DNA of 64,000 nucleotides from positions 91,080,001-91,144,000 of the forward strand of contig NC_087472.1 in the NCBI RefSeq assembly GCF_036321535.1, in the 5' to 3' direction. The translations under genes and the position numbers were made by a program. Of this stretch, positions 11,427 through 25,064 are shown piece by piece. The number at the start of each line of letters is the position of its first letter. The first letter of the stretch is position 1. Under the pieces are notes generated by a model, which saw nothing but the letters and a program-made list of their open reading frames with translations, did no database searches and was not told the origin of the DNA. Origin of the DNA: Camelus dromedarius (lineage: Eukaryota).

Positions 11427-13169
11427 GGTAGGCCTTCCTCTTTCTAAGTACTGGAATGTCATGTGGTGCCGAGCCATTCTGAACCAAATATACTAGGACG
11501 GCAGTCTAGGGATGGTGGAGCAAGAGGACAGGAGACTAACTCCTGCTCATTTTGTGGAACAGAGCTGCTGTATTAGTCCACTTGTGCCATGTAATAAGCA
11601 AAAGTCTCAATGTCAAACTACGATATGCATTTATTTCTCATTCATGGATTTGTGAGTTGGTTAGGGTAGCTCTGGTATGAAACCTTGACCTCGAAGCAGG
11701 TTTTCCACAAATATTTCAACAAAATGGTTCCCACTCTGTGTGGGTGTGTGGTGGGAGTGAATGGCCCCCTTTCTGACCACATTCAGCTTCCAAAATGAGT
11801 TGTTCTTAATACAAGAGCTGGTCTGCTTCAGGATGTGGGTGAAGTTCAGCTCTGCTCTGTGTCTCATTCTCATTGCAAGGCTGCAGGGAGATTGGAAGCT
11901 CTCAGGACTGTGGCAGTTCCTTCCCATAGCAGCGGTTGGATGCAGTTTACAGTTTTCCCCACACTTGCAGACACAGCGTTTTGAGCAGAACCCAGAGACA
12001 CCAGCATCAGCAGATGCTGCTTCCTCCTCACTGGTCTGAATTTCAGCGACTCAAGGTGCCTCCTCTAAATATCTAAATTGAAACAGTTATAACAATCCTA
12101 ACCCCTTCCCTTGGTTCCACTAGCTCCAGGCATAGTAGCAGTTGTTACCTTAGCAATGAATTGAGCTGTCGGTCTTTTCAGTTATCTTATTACCTGTTCT
12201 TTATATTAAATTCTCTCTGTGAAAATAACCGAGGTAGTTTGTTTCCTAACATCACCCAGACTGATTCACTAGAGTAAATCCTACGAGTGTGAGACTCCCC
12301 TCAGATTTTTCTCTTTAATATAGTATTTCATGACATCCCACCCCCAATAGTTGTCACACCTCTCTGTACTCATTTCTGTCATAGAATTTACTGTGCTGAA
12401 CTGTCATCATTTTTTTTTTTCCCTCACCCATCTCCATCCTAGGACAATAGATCCCTGAGATGAGAGCACATCTGTTTCCTCAGTACCCGGCACATGGGAA
12501 ACTCTGAAAAAGAGTTTGAATGAATGAATGAGCCAGGAAAAATGGAAACAGGAAAAGAAGCAGTTATTTTAGTATGAGATTTGGAAGGCTCACGTAGCGC
12601 CAAAATGAAAGAGAAAGTCAGATGGTGATGTGAGAAACAGGGCTGTGGTTGCCAGCTGTGAGCCCAGCTCTCAGCACACAGCAAGCGCACCGACAACAGG
12701 AAAAAGGGGCATTTGAGACTTTGTAAAGAATACTCGGTGTCAGGGAGAAGAATAGGGGTTGGAGGACTCCCCGAGACTCCACAGTGTGTAAGCCGTTCGT
12801 GCTCTAGAGGGATGACCAACCCTTAAGGGACGCCTTTCACTTCGCCGCTGGGTCCCGCCCAGTCCTTTCCCGGGTTTCATTCCCGGTTACTCCGCCCCTT
12901 CCTCCACCCCCCGCCTCCAGAGGAAACAGGTAAAACGCGGAGAACTGGGTCCTATTTCAGGGGCCGTTCTGGGCATGCGTCCTCTGCAGCCCGCGCGCAG
13001 GCGCGAAAACTTCCGCTGAAACTGGTGCTGCCAATTTCGATAAGGGGTAGCGTTTGCTGTGAAGCCAACTCAGGCTACCCTAATTGACCGACTTTCCCGT
13101 GGGCCCCGCCCTCCGGTTGCTGCTGAAGAAATCTCGCGAGATCCCCGGCGGCGCCATCTTTGTGCCTGG

Positions 13170-13494
13170 CGAGCGACGACGCTCCACGAGAGCCCTAAAG
13201 GCGGAGGTTCGCTTGCTAAGCTCTCACCGAGACCGGATCCAGGAAATACGAGGCGGGCCTCGGTGGGAGGGACGCACTGAGGGAGGAGGGAGGAAAGGGG
13301 GCGGCGGCGGCGGCGGCAGCGGCAGCGGCAGCGGCAGCGGCAGCGGCGGCTCTCACCGGACTCGGGCCCCGCGCGGCGCGCACCCGAGGGGGGTCGGGCG
13401 GGGAAGCGGCGCCGTCCCGGACCCCCCGCGGGAGCAGGCGGCTGGCGTGAGGGCAAGGCGGCGGCAGCGGCGGACGGGGAGCAGCGGCTGCCGG
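13170..13494 (+). other. TAB3: Probable non-coding exon 1 of TAB3 (5' end approximate)
   Basis: Consensus donor CGG|GTGAGT at 13494/13495 inside the CpG island; no ATG in the exon. The TSS cannot be determined from sequence alone. Confidence 0.7.
13300..13350 (+). repeat. (GGC)6(AGCGGC)5GGC triplet/hexamer repeat in the 5' UTR
   Basis: Read directly: 17 consecutive RGC triplets. Confidence 0.95.
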
Positions 13495-16400
13495 GTGAGT
13501 GTCCGCAAGGAGGCCCGGCACCTGTCCGGGCCGGGGTGTCGGGGGTGGCCCCAGGGTCGTCTCTGTGACCCCCCTCCCGGGCGGCGGGCGTGTGCTGGAC
13601 TGCGGGTGTCCCCGGGGATCAGTTCGGCCTGGGGCTGCGGCGGACGCCGGAAACTGCGGGACTGCCGGAGGTCTGCGCACGGCCTGGCGCGCCCGCGCCC
13701 GCCCGGGACGCCCCGGGAGGCGGAGGAGAGAGGGAGTGGCCGGGGGGCCTGGGTTGGCCTTCGCCCCCCGAGCCCAGGGGATGATGTCCTTCCTTGCCAG
13801 ACCCTGGACACTGCGAAGCGTGAACCTCTGTGGACTGGCTTCAAGTCCCAGCAAGGCGTTTGGGAATGAGGACTAGCAGCCCAAGGTTAGGGTTGTTGAA
13901 GGTGTTGAGAGACGTGGGGAAGATTAGAAGTAATAGTAATGTTCTGGATGAGGTATGCAAACGGCTATTGGCAGGTGTGCGGAAAGGAGAAAATATTGTC
14001 GACATTGATTTAAAGATCACACAAGCAGTCCTCTGAGGTCCAACAACAGATTAGAGTTATTTCCAGTTGGTGTTCTGTAGTTTAATGCCGTGTGCCAGCT
14101 CCTTAAAGTGCCTAAAAGCAGGATTTGGGGGGATGGGATGGGGGACAAGGTGGGTTATAAAGTAAGCTGCATTTAAGTCAAAAGTACGTAACGTTGATGC
14201 AAAGCATTTCTGTGCTTATTGAAACGTAGTTTATTTAAATTGCTTAAGAAAACTTGTCACCTTTGGTCCAGACGGGGTTTGACAATTCTATGTGTTCCTC
14301 AGTGACGTTGGTCAGTCAGACAATAATTTTGGCCTGTGATGTATTTACTTCTGGTTTGTAAAAGAACAAGAACGAATAGGAAAGGATAATTTGGCATACT
14401 TAGCCTCTTTCACACACTTTTTCATTTCGGAAGGATAAAGGAATCTAATTTTTTTTTTTTTTTTGCTTTTTCACGTGTTCTGCAATAGTATACCAGAACA
14501 TTTGTAAGAAAAAAGAGATTTTTCGATTAAGAAAGAGCTTTTAAGAAGAGAGTTTAATTTTTCACATTATTAAATTTTAAAGGCATCATCGCCCATGGTA
14601 AGTTTTGTGATGGCGTCCTTTTATGAATACTGGAAGAAATCCGGGGTATACACATAATTTTAAATCAGTGTGCTATGAAGTTTTTCAAATTTAAAATCCC
14701 CCCTGCCCCTTTGCTTATAACCAACTTAATCAAGAAAGACTTTAGTGAAGTAAATATTACATGTGATTTTCATCTTTAAATTTGACAGACCATAATAATC
14801 TGTTCTGTCGCTCTGAATTTTCTTCTACGTGTTTCACATCTTGTTGACACATTCTGTACAGTTTGTGTTGGACAAAGGGAGTCAATATTGAGTATTAAGG
14901 CACTGGGGTTGGTGGGTTATGTATGTTTGCATTTAATCCTCATAGCTATCCTGTGCTAAAGATAATGTTATCCCTGTTGTACTGATAACGACACTAACCT
15001 CCAGTATTCTTCAGTAACTTTCCTAAGAAGGTCATATAGCTGATAAGTCGTGGAACTAGAACTCAAGCTTATGTGTGTCTGATTCTAGAATATGTGCATT
15101 TGCTACTATACATAAGTGTATGTGCTTACTAACACCAATTTTGTGAAAATTGAAATTTTTGTTGCAAAGAAACCTTTCAATTTTTTGGTCAGCTTGAAAG
15201 CTTTCAGTGTCCTTGGCTGAAGATAATCTCACTTTTTTTTTTCTTTGCAAATGTGTCCATTTTCTAGCCAGAGGTAGCATTTTAGCAGAAGTCTGCTGAT
15301 TAATGAGAACTCCTAGTAGCCGGTAGTGACCTATCTGAAATTCACATGTTTTCAGTGACTTTGTCTTCAGTTTCAGCATGCCCAAGATACTTCAAAGATC
15401 AAATCTTTTGTTTATTCTGGTCCTGAATAGTTTTTCGAATTATATTACTAAAATAAAATACCAACCATTTAGGGAATTTGAATTTGCTTTATCATAACTT
15501 GCAGGTATATGCACACATATACCCACCCACCTACCTCCTCCAGCAAGTGGAGTACTTGATAGCAGATGCTGTTTTTCTTCTCTTTAATTTAGTGCAGAGG
15601 TTTCAGACCCAGTTTGTGGTTTGCAGAAAATATGACAGCTGTTCTGGGATCCAGCATAATCCTTTCTGGAGTTAGGGAGTGAAAGACCTTCCCAGTTCCC
15701 AGGGAATATCTGAGATGTTGGTGAAACAGTAGAAACATCTTGCCAGTGCATGGCCATTGGTCACTTTTGTCCTCCACTCGTCTCTGCTCTTGCATCTTTG
15801 ATGTGCTGCTGAACTTGCTTACCTGGCTGTTATCTCTGCTCAATAGAGAGTTGAACTGAAGAGTAGCTGCTGAAAGCTGAAATTAAAAAAAAAAAAAAAA
15901 AAAAGCTAAGTGCTGGCACTCATCCTCCCGCAGGTCGTTTGGTTAGGTTTACCTGTTGAATTAACTATCCCTGGCTGGAAGTTCTGGAAACATGGGTATA
16001 AGAGGCTGGAGGAAAAAAGAAATCCTGTGCTCCTTAGGATGCATCTGTATATGTTTTACAGAGTTTGAAGCTTTGCTGGGAATATACCTTGGAATCCTCA
16101 TGGGCAGTGTTTGGTAATGAATGAGCAAGTTTTTCATAATAGTTATACCTCCAAAAAAGAGTTAAATATATTCCTCACTTGTGAAGGCAATTACTCCTGG
16201 TATTTGGTCTATTGGGGTGAAAAAATCAACAAATGATAATGTAACTGAGTGCTCACCAAGTAAATAAAAAAGCCTTTCTGAAATGATTTATATTGCCGCC
16301 ATATGAAGAAAAGACACCAGGAAATTGTCTTATATATATTTAGAAGTTTATTTTCATACCTTCCAGATAATAAACCTCAGTTTATTTCTGTGACCACAAA

Positions 16401-17872
16401 TACTCATTTGTCTGAAAGTGAAATGGTTCTGATGAAATATTTGAAACTTGTCAAAATGAATTAATCATAAATATTTAAGAACATTTATTATAGTTTAGTT
16501 CATTGGCAGTTCTATTTATTTATTTGTCTGACCCTCAAACATCCCACTTCCTTCTTGCTTCATGTTTCTCTCCCTGCTTTTCCTTCCTCTCTTTCTGATG
16601 CTGTTTCTGCTGGTACCTGGAGCCTTCCCTTAGTTCTCAGTTGACACTGAAGTCTTTGGGAGAATGGATGTTGACAAAGAGGGCAACAAAACTCCCCTAA
16701 GTCCATTCCCCTTTTCCGAATCTATGTGCTCTAGGAGGTCAGGAAGGACCCAGACAACACCCCTTAACCCATTCCATTTTTTCTTGCAAAGGAGAATGAG
16801 AGTAACCAGAGTGAGGGAGGCAGTGTCAAGACCCTTGTCACAGTTTTTCTTTCTTTTCCTTCTCTCTCCTAAGCATTTAGGAGGAAAATTTGTAAAAGCC
16901 TGTCTGCTGCAGGAGCAGCCACTGTTCCCTCATCCTCTTCGGCAGGCGTTTCCCCCCTCCCCAGCCCCCATACTTTTTTCTTGCTCCTTTTAGTTAGCTA
17001 CCATCCCACCCTTGGTCCTTCACTCCCAAGTAGGTCTTGCCTTCCTCATCCCAGGATCTCCTCCCACCGCAGCTCTGTCTTTCTTTCCTCCTAACTGAAG
17101 CCCTAATCACTCTGCCGACTGCCCTCATTCATGCCTTTCCTCCTGCTCAGCCTTGACCATGGAAGCCTAGGCCTGTGGTCCTAGGGGAGCTCAGGCTCCC
17201 AGTAAGGGGAGGGAGGAATTCTTTTTTGCTTCCAAGGCTGAACGGGGCAGGGATAGTTGCTTTTATTCTAAATTGAGTGCTAAGTGGGTTTTTCCATAGA
17301 AACATTGCCCACGCAGGTTCAGTATTTTATTATACTTCTGTAACCTTATGGGTGTTTAAGCTTTAGTGGACTAGCTTGGAAACCTGGCACATAGATCTTT
17401 GTTTCCTGGGAAGGCAAGTTCTGAGGTTCAAGTAGATGATTTACAAAATCAGCTTGTGCTTCAGAGGTTGTTGGGGGTTGTGTGCTTCTTGTTAATTACT
17501 CTGTTCTGTAGGGAACACACGTTTAAGCTATCAAAAATTATGTGTTTTGTGGATCAGGTGGCTCGTCTGGCTGATAAGCTGATAGCCTTTTTAGATGGTC
17601 AGTGAAAATTTTCTGAATTTAGGCACATGTTTTGAAATACAATTGAAGTTCAGTCCATCCCGGTTTATGTTTGTCATTAGAGCAGGTGTTAACAGTGTTG
17701 TGGAAAGAACAGAGTTTTTCTTTGTTATAAAAGGAATATCTTGTTCCTGCTATTTCTTGCTGCTATTCTGAAACTTTTCAAGGGTATTAGAACTCTTGGG
17801 AGTTATTTTAACGAAGTTTGTTTAGTGGTAAATATGGATAGTGTTTTTGTTTTATCATATTGTTTTAAAATA

Positions 17873-18049
17873 TGACACAACATTGTAAAATGACTATAAC
17901 TCTATAAAAAATGTTAAAAAAAAAAAAGGTAGAAAAGAAAAAAAAAGTGAAAACACCCAGGGGTTGTCAACATATAAACCAATGCAGAATGTTCTGACAG
18001 CACTGAAATAAAATATTCCAGGATTTGTAAAAAAAAAAAAAAAAAAAAA
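17873..18049 (+). mobile_element. Ultra-short L1 3' end with apparent 3'-transduced sequence and second poly(A)
   Basis: TGACACAACATTGTAAAATGACTATAACTCTATAAAAAATGTT matches the reverse complement of the L1 terminus near 44380-44425. It is followed by A12, about 100 bp of other sequence, AATAAA at 18007-18012 and A21 at 18029-18049. Confidence 0.75.
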
Positions 18050-21000
18050 TTTTAAAATGAAGTTTTATTAGTCTGTTGAAGTTACATGCTGTTACCCCTG
18101 TAGTGTTCAAACAATTACATGAGGGATTTCAAAGTAATAAAAGCAAAGAAAATGCATTTAAAATTTGTTATCTGTAAATGTGTTCAGTGTTGACTTGGTT
18201 AAAGGACATATTCCTAATATAAGGCAAGATGGGCCTATTTTTTGGTCTATAAACCACTCTTGTTTTAAAAATGAATTTGAGTTAGTGCCCTTTGTTTATT
18301 TTAAGAGTTTACCAAATTATTTAATTACATATAGAGTGCAGTGGTTAAAAACAGTCTCTAGGGATGAAATGCTCAAATGTTCAAATCTTACTTTTGACAC
18401 TAACTCTGTGATCTTAGGCAAGTTGCTTAATCTCTGACCTGTTTCCTCATTTTTGAAATTGGGATAGTGTAATATCTACCTCACATGATTTTCATCAGGA
18501 TTAAATGAGCCAGAGGATGTATAGTATTTAGAACGTGCTTAACAATGGTAAATGCTCAGAAAGAGTTCTTATTATTACTTTGTCATCATCGTTATTACTG
18601 CTACTATTGCTGCTTTAACTGCCTTCTGAGATGACACTCTTGGTTCTTGGGATGTGTGTGTGCTAGATATACTTGTTTATTTGGTAGTAATTTTTTAATG
18701 CAAAGCTTGGGGGGCAGGGAGAGCAGTATATTAATTGCTGGGTACATCCAAAATTGACCGTAGTGCAAGAAGTCCATAAAATATGAAGCTAATATTTTTC
18801 AGTAACACCATTTCTTTTATGTTAGGTATAAGGAACTGTGCCATGTTGATGTATGAGCAAAACTGGATTATTTGAGTAACTGCAGTGTATTTTAAAAAAT
18901 TCATTTAACCTTCTTGGCATCTATAAAGCCAAAGTCTGTATAGACGGAGCCTTAATTTCTAAATGGTTGACTATAAGACTTTCTTTTTGGAAATCAGCAC
19001 AATTTTCCCACAGAAATAATGTCACATATGGCCTTCAGATTTCCAGGCCAGCCCAGCGTATCAGAATTTGAAGACTGATAGTACTATAAAGACTAACTTC
19101 TAAGTATAACAGTGTCTCAACAAGAATATGCACTGAGTGCATCAGGTACTGAAAGATTATGAACATAATCTTGAAGATGGAGTGGTGAGGTCACATTCCT
19201 TCACGATTCTAGCAAGAACTTCAAGCCTTGGGCAGAGGGCTTTCTTCTCTGGTGGAGGCTAAGGACAGAGTGAGTAATGGGAGCTGGTCTCTAGAAGGCA
19301 GGAGCTTTTTTCTGGTTTGGCTCCTCAAAAGGCTGTATAGTGTAGTGGTTGCCCTCGAATCTATTCTAACACTTATAGGACATATCATATGTAAAATGTA
19401 GATATCAGTACTGCCTACTTTAATAAGGTTCGTGAGAGGGTTAAATGTGTTAATATATATAAAGCACTTAAAATAGTACCTGGCCCATAGGTGAGTACAT
19501 AAGAAATGTTGTGCATTTATTATTAAGCTTTACTGTTTTAGAACTGCTAGAATACCCTTCTCTACTTGGCTGCCCACTGCCCGTATCTATTGTACTTAAA
19601 TGGGTTTGTTCTCCCCCCTTTCCACTGAGAAGTAGTTTCATAGCTTTTCATTGTCATCCCTGTCTAAAGTGAGCATCTTTTTTTTGGAGGCTTTTCTGGG
19701 GTTTATTTTCTTTAGTAATATTGGAGAAATTTAGAGTCCCTTCTGTGAACCTGCCCCCATCCCCTTTTTAGGCCTTGTAGGGATATGGAGACATTGCTTG
19801 AAGATATTTCATTTGATTGGGTCAGAATTGAGGTACAAACTTTTTGACTTTGGTAGTTCTCACTAAGTGGTTTATTTTTAAATAGGCAAAGATAGTACAG
19901 AGTTCCCATATACCCTTCACCCAGCTATACATAACAATGGTATATTTATGTCAACACTAAGACACTAACATTGGTATATTACTGTTAGCTAAACTGCAGT
20001 TTTATTCGATTTCACCAGTTTTCCCACCAGTGTCGTTTTTCTGTTCTAGGATCCAATTGAGGATACCATGTTGTATTTAGTTGTTCAGTCATTTTTAATC
20101 TTTAGTGAATAAGCTTCTATGGCTGTAAAATGATTTTCTATTCAAGCTTTCTGCAGGTCCTCAAAAGGCCAGGTGTTTCCCCTGGGGGTGGCAAGCTCAG
20201 AGATTCATCTTGGCACTGAACTTAATAGTTTGAAATAAAAGGAGAGAGTCCTATGATAGAGTAAAGAATGCTATGGTGATAGGTTAGAGACTAAAGCATT
20301 TTTATAATTTAAAAATATGTTTTCACAGAATTAAATGGGTTGTTTTATATACTGTTCACTTTTAGTGGATTTAGCTTCAGAATAACAAGACATTCTTTAA
20401 AATTTTTTTTATTTTTATATCTTATTGTGGTAGACAAGACATTCTTTTAAAAATGTTTAAGTTATATAAAAAGCATACTTCATACTGGATATAGAAGCTA
20501 ACTGGAATGAATTGGAGAAAGTAATTTTTTAGTACTTATAATTCTGATTGGAGAAATTAATAAGTTATATAATAATTTATTGTTACTAATTTAGCACATT
20601 TGTATATATATATTGGCTTTAGTTTGTGGTCATTTTTTTTGGGGGGGGCCTTTTTCAGGGGTATTATATGCTAAAGGTGCCACTGTTATTCTAAATTACC
20701 ACATAGGCCTTAAGTTTGATGTCAGTCATCATTTAGCGTAAACAAAGTTTTCTGTTAGGTTGCATATCATGATCTTTACTTTAGAAAGTCTTGTCTTTTC
20801 TGCCGCAGAAATAGCTTTTGGCTATTATCATGGATGGCAAAGAAATTAATTTCGAGTTGGTAACAATTGGATGAAAAATTTTCAGTTGAAAATGGTATGT
20901 TGAGACACTGCCAGTAACAAACTCCCTTGGTACAGAAATCCCCTGGAACTTACAGAAAATTGGGAGAGGTGTAAACTTAACTAAATAACTTGGATTTTTT

Positions 21001-21449
21001 TCATACTTACTGAGAGATACTTAGGACCTTGGACAAATCACCCAACTTCAAGGGACCATGGTTTCTTCTTTTGTAAAATTAGGAGATTTGACTAGATGTG
21101 TGAATCTACTCATTTCTGAGATTTGAAAGACCCTCTTATTTAATAAAAAACCTCTAAGATCAAGTTGTTTGTCTTGGATCTTGATGAATCAACACCAGCC
21201 ACTAAGTCTAGATATGAATCAGTTTATCTTTTGGGGTTCAGATAGTTTCAAACCAATGTTGCTATAAGTTTGAGAGTCACTAGTTGGTTTGACAGCCCTA
21301 TCAGTATTTTTCTGTAATTAGCATGTTGTCTAATTCCTGCATTTTTAGTTTTTGTTAGTTATTCAATTCCTGTACTTTAACCTGAAGCAATAGACTTCAG
21401 ACTTTTTTGTTTTCGTATCCCCAGCCATTTTGAAAAAGAAGTACTCCTT

Positions 21450-24170
21450 CACATTTAAAAAAAAATTTTAATATATGTGCCTAAAGTACACATCAGTAGC
21501 GAACAGTTTAGTGAATTTCCATAGACTGAGCACACTTGTGTACCAGCACCCAGATCAAGAAAGTGAACGTTACCAACCACTTAGAAGCCTCTTTGTGTGC
21601 CCTTTGGGTCACTTACTACGCTATCCCCCAAGCATTTCTCTGACTTTCGACATCAAAGATTAGCTTTGCCTACTTTTATATTTTATATAAATGGAATCCT
21701 ATTGTACTCTCTTGTGCAGCGTTATGAATATGAGATTTATTTGTATTGTGTATAGTTGACTATTCCTTCTCATTACTGTGTAGTTCATTGTGTGAATATA
21801 TCACTATATATCGTTCTGCTGTTGATGGGAGTGTGGATAGGTCTCAGTTTTTGGAGAATGTCTTTGTGACCTTAGAGTAGGAAAAGATTTCTTAAACAGG
21901 ATTTTTTAACAATGATGGATATTTGTTTTAGAGTTCTGACTAGAGAAAGAATGAGAAAATGGTGTGTTTTAATATAGGCATCTATAAACAATTTTTTAAA
22001 TATTAATATATAGTAAAACCTTTTACTCTGTACATCTCAGGGAAAGTGTCAGTATTTATAACTAGGTCTAGGTGACTGAGGTTTGTGCTTTTATAACTGT
22101 TTTGGATGGAATTCCTTCAAAATCATGTCATGTACTTCCTCACCTATTTTGACTTGCTAATTTATAGAAATTCTTTACTGTATGCTAGAAATGAGCCCTT
22201 GCTCGTTGCAAGGGTATGCTTTTTCATTTTGATATGAATCTTTTGATAAACCAAAGTTCTTAATTTTAATGTAATCTGATTTATCAGTATTTTCCTTTAT
22301 GTTTAAACTAGACATCAGGTTTAAAATATCCTTTCCTATCCCAAGGTCTTGAAGGTGTTCCCTCCTTTACTGTTTTGGCTTTCATGTATAGATTTAACGT
22401 CTACCTGAAACTGATTTTTGTGCTTCGTGTGAGGAAGAAGGCAATACTATTTTTTCCCTACGTGGATGGCTAATTGTTCTATCACACTGTCTTTTCCCTG
22501 CTATTGTCAGGAATCAGATATCCCTATGTCTGTGATTGTGTTTCTTGATTGTTCTGTTCCATTGGTCCTTGCACTGATACCATGCTATCTTCCTTACTAT
22601 AGCTTTATCATAAGTCTTCATGTTTAGTAGAACAAGTTCTTCCACTCAGTTATCCTTTGAGAGCATCTTGGCTTTTCTTGGCCTTTACACGTTTATATAA
22701 ATTTTAGTATCATCTCGGCACTTTCCACACATCACACGTACACATACTAACACAAAATATCTAGGGATTTTGATTGAATTTGCATAGAATATATAGAGCA
22801 ATTTAGGAAGAATTGACATCCTTATCATACTGTTGTTTTTTTTTTTTTTACTTTTTTTATTGTAGTATAGTCAGTTTACAGTGTTGTGTTAATTTCTGGT
22901 GTACAGCGTATTGTTTCAGTCATACGTATACATACATATGTTCCTTTTATCTTATTTTCTAATTCATGAACATGATATACCACTTCATTTATTTAGGTCC
23001 TCTTTAATTTTTCTCAATAATATGTATAGTTTTTCCCAGAAAGTCATTCATAAATTTTGAGAGTTTCATTCCTAAATACTTGATTTTTTTGATATTGTAT
23101 ATTTTTTTTTAATGAAAAGCATTTATTGTATCTTCAAAGGAGGGGAGGATATAGCTTAGTGGTAGAGTACATGGCTAGCATGCACGAGGTCCTAGGTTCA
23201 ATCCACAGTACCTCCGTTAAAATAAATAAAAATAAACCTAATTGCCTCACCCCCCTCAAAACTTTTTTTTTTAATTAAAAAAAATCACGTAGGAAGGGTT
23301 TGATTTGCTATCCACTTCTAAGCTAGTGGAGTTACATCCAGCTTGTTTTTTAAAATTGTTTTTTTACTTTCTTTTTTTATTTTTGAATTTTTAAAAATTG
23401 AAGCATAGTCGATTTACAATGTTGTGTTAGTTTTGGGTGTACAACATAGTGATTCAGTTACACATACATATATATTCCTTTTCCTATCCTTTTTCATTAT
23501 AGGCTATTATAAGATATTGAATATAACTTCCTGTGCTGTAAGTAGGACCTTGTGATATTATAAGTTTTTATCGACTTCATTTTGTTTGTTGTTTATAAAA
23601 ATACAGTTGACTTTTGTATATTGACCTTGTATCTAGCGATTGTACTAAACGTTTATTGCTTTCAATAATTTATCTTTGGAGTGTTTCTGTTTTATCCTGT
23701 CAAATTGTTATACTTTTGTTACTGTGCTGGCTCGTACTTAGATTATTATATCGAATAGAAGTGGTAATAGAGGGCACTGTTGTCTTCTTCCCTTTCTCAA
23801 AGGGAAAACTTTCAACATTTTTTCATTGAATGTGCTTGCTCTAACTTTTTCCCAGTTGCTCTGATTAAAGAAGTTTCATTCTCTTCTTGGTTTGATAAGA
23901 GCTTATATCATGAATGATAATGGATTTTATCAAATGCTTTTCCTACTGGTAATATAATCATATTATTTTGCTCCTTGAATCAAATTATGTTGATTGATTT
24001 CCTAATGCTGAATCAACTTTGCATTCCAGGAACAAACTCAGTTTGATCATTATCACATTTTCCTTTTATTTTGCATAAGGATTTCGTATTTTTGTTCTTG
24101 AGTGAGATTGGCCTCTAATTTTGTTTTTCTTGTCCAGTTTTGGTGGCCTTGTAAAATGAGTTAAGGAATA
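21450..24170 (-). mobile_element. Old degraded L1 (L1M-type) hosting younger insertions
   Basis: Decayed antisense L1 3'UTR/ORF2-like sequence. Interrupted by short L1 3' ends (about 22833-22955 and 23345-23553) and a SINE. Confidence 0.7.
23142..23260 (+). mobile_element. tRNA-derived SINE, camelid Vic-1-like
   Basis: GGGGAGGATATAGCTTAGTGGTAGAG (A box), GGTTCAATCC (B box, 23195-23204), AT-rich linker, C-rich block and A tail. Confidence 0.85.
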
Positions 24171-25064
24171 TACTTGCTCTTTGTCTTTAAAAAAAAACGT
24201 TTAAAATTCAATTTATTTAAACTAAAAGGAAAAAATAATTCACTCATTTCTTCTACCTGCACCTCTTGCTTGCAATCACAAATCTGTTCTCTGTATTGTG
24301 AGCTTTTTTTTTTGACTCCACATACAAGAGAGACCATGTGATATTTGTCTTTCTCTGCCTGACTTGTTTCACTTAGCATAATGCCTTTGAGGTCCAACCA
24401 TGTTGTCACAGATGGCAAGATTTCATTCTTTTTTATGGCTGAATAATATTCCATTGTATGGCATGTATATATATACACACACACACATATATATATACAC
24501 ACACATATATACATTATAGTTTTCTTTTATCTATTCATCCATTGATGGGCACTTAGATTGTTTCTGTATTTTGGCTATTATGAATAATGCTATAATGAAC
24601 ATAGGGGTGCATATATCTTTCCATATTAGTGTTTTCATTTCTTTAGGTAAATACCCAGGCATGGAATTGCTGGATTGTATGGTAGTTGCATTTTTAATTT
24701 TTTTGAGGAATCTCCATACTGTTTTCCATAGTGGCTGCATCAGTTTACATTACCATCAACTGTACACAGGGGTTCCTTTTTCTCTCCATCCTTACCAACA
24801 CTTTTTATTTCTTCTCTTTTTGATACTAGCCATTCTGAGGTGTGAGGTTATATCTCATTGTGGTGTGAGGTATGAGGTGATATCTCATTGTGGTTTTAAT
24901 TTGCATTTCCTTGATGATTAATGATGTTGAGCATCTTTTCATGTACCTTTTGGCCATCTGTATGTTGTCTTTGGGGAAATTTTTAATTTAATCCATTTTT
25001 AATCAGTCTTTTTTTTTTTTTGCTAGTGAGTTCTCTGTATTTTTCACTGTAGTTCTTCATATAT

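Larger units (their letters stand above)
12790..13870 (+). promoter_or_regulatory. TAB3: CpG island, TAB3 promoter
   Basis: Abrupt GC- and CpG-rich block in otherwise CpG-depleted DNA. Contains GC boxes and NRF1-, E2F-, ETS-, BANP- and YY1-like motifs, plus a strong splice donor on the same strand as the downstream TAB3 exon. Confidence 0.88.

Noticed and set aside
13059..14036. Several long overlapping ORFs (up to 261 aa) on both strands in the CpG island
   Set aside because: Expected from stop-codon scarcity in GC-rich DNA. They are low-complexity G/R/A/P peptides, mostly with non-ATG starts, and they cross the exon 1 donor.
23142..23216. Apparent tRNA gene with A and B boxes (also 27475-27548)
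   Set aside because: Followed by SINE body and tail, with a diverged second copy, so it is a SINE head rather than a functional tRNA.
24836..24895. About 30-bp tandem duplication inside an L1 (a similar ~38-bp one lies at about 41158-41235)
   Set aside because: Two-copy slippage duplications in dead repeats; no spacer-repeat array structure and no sign of function.
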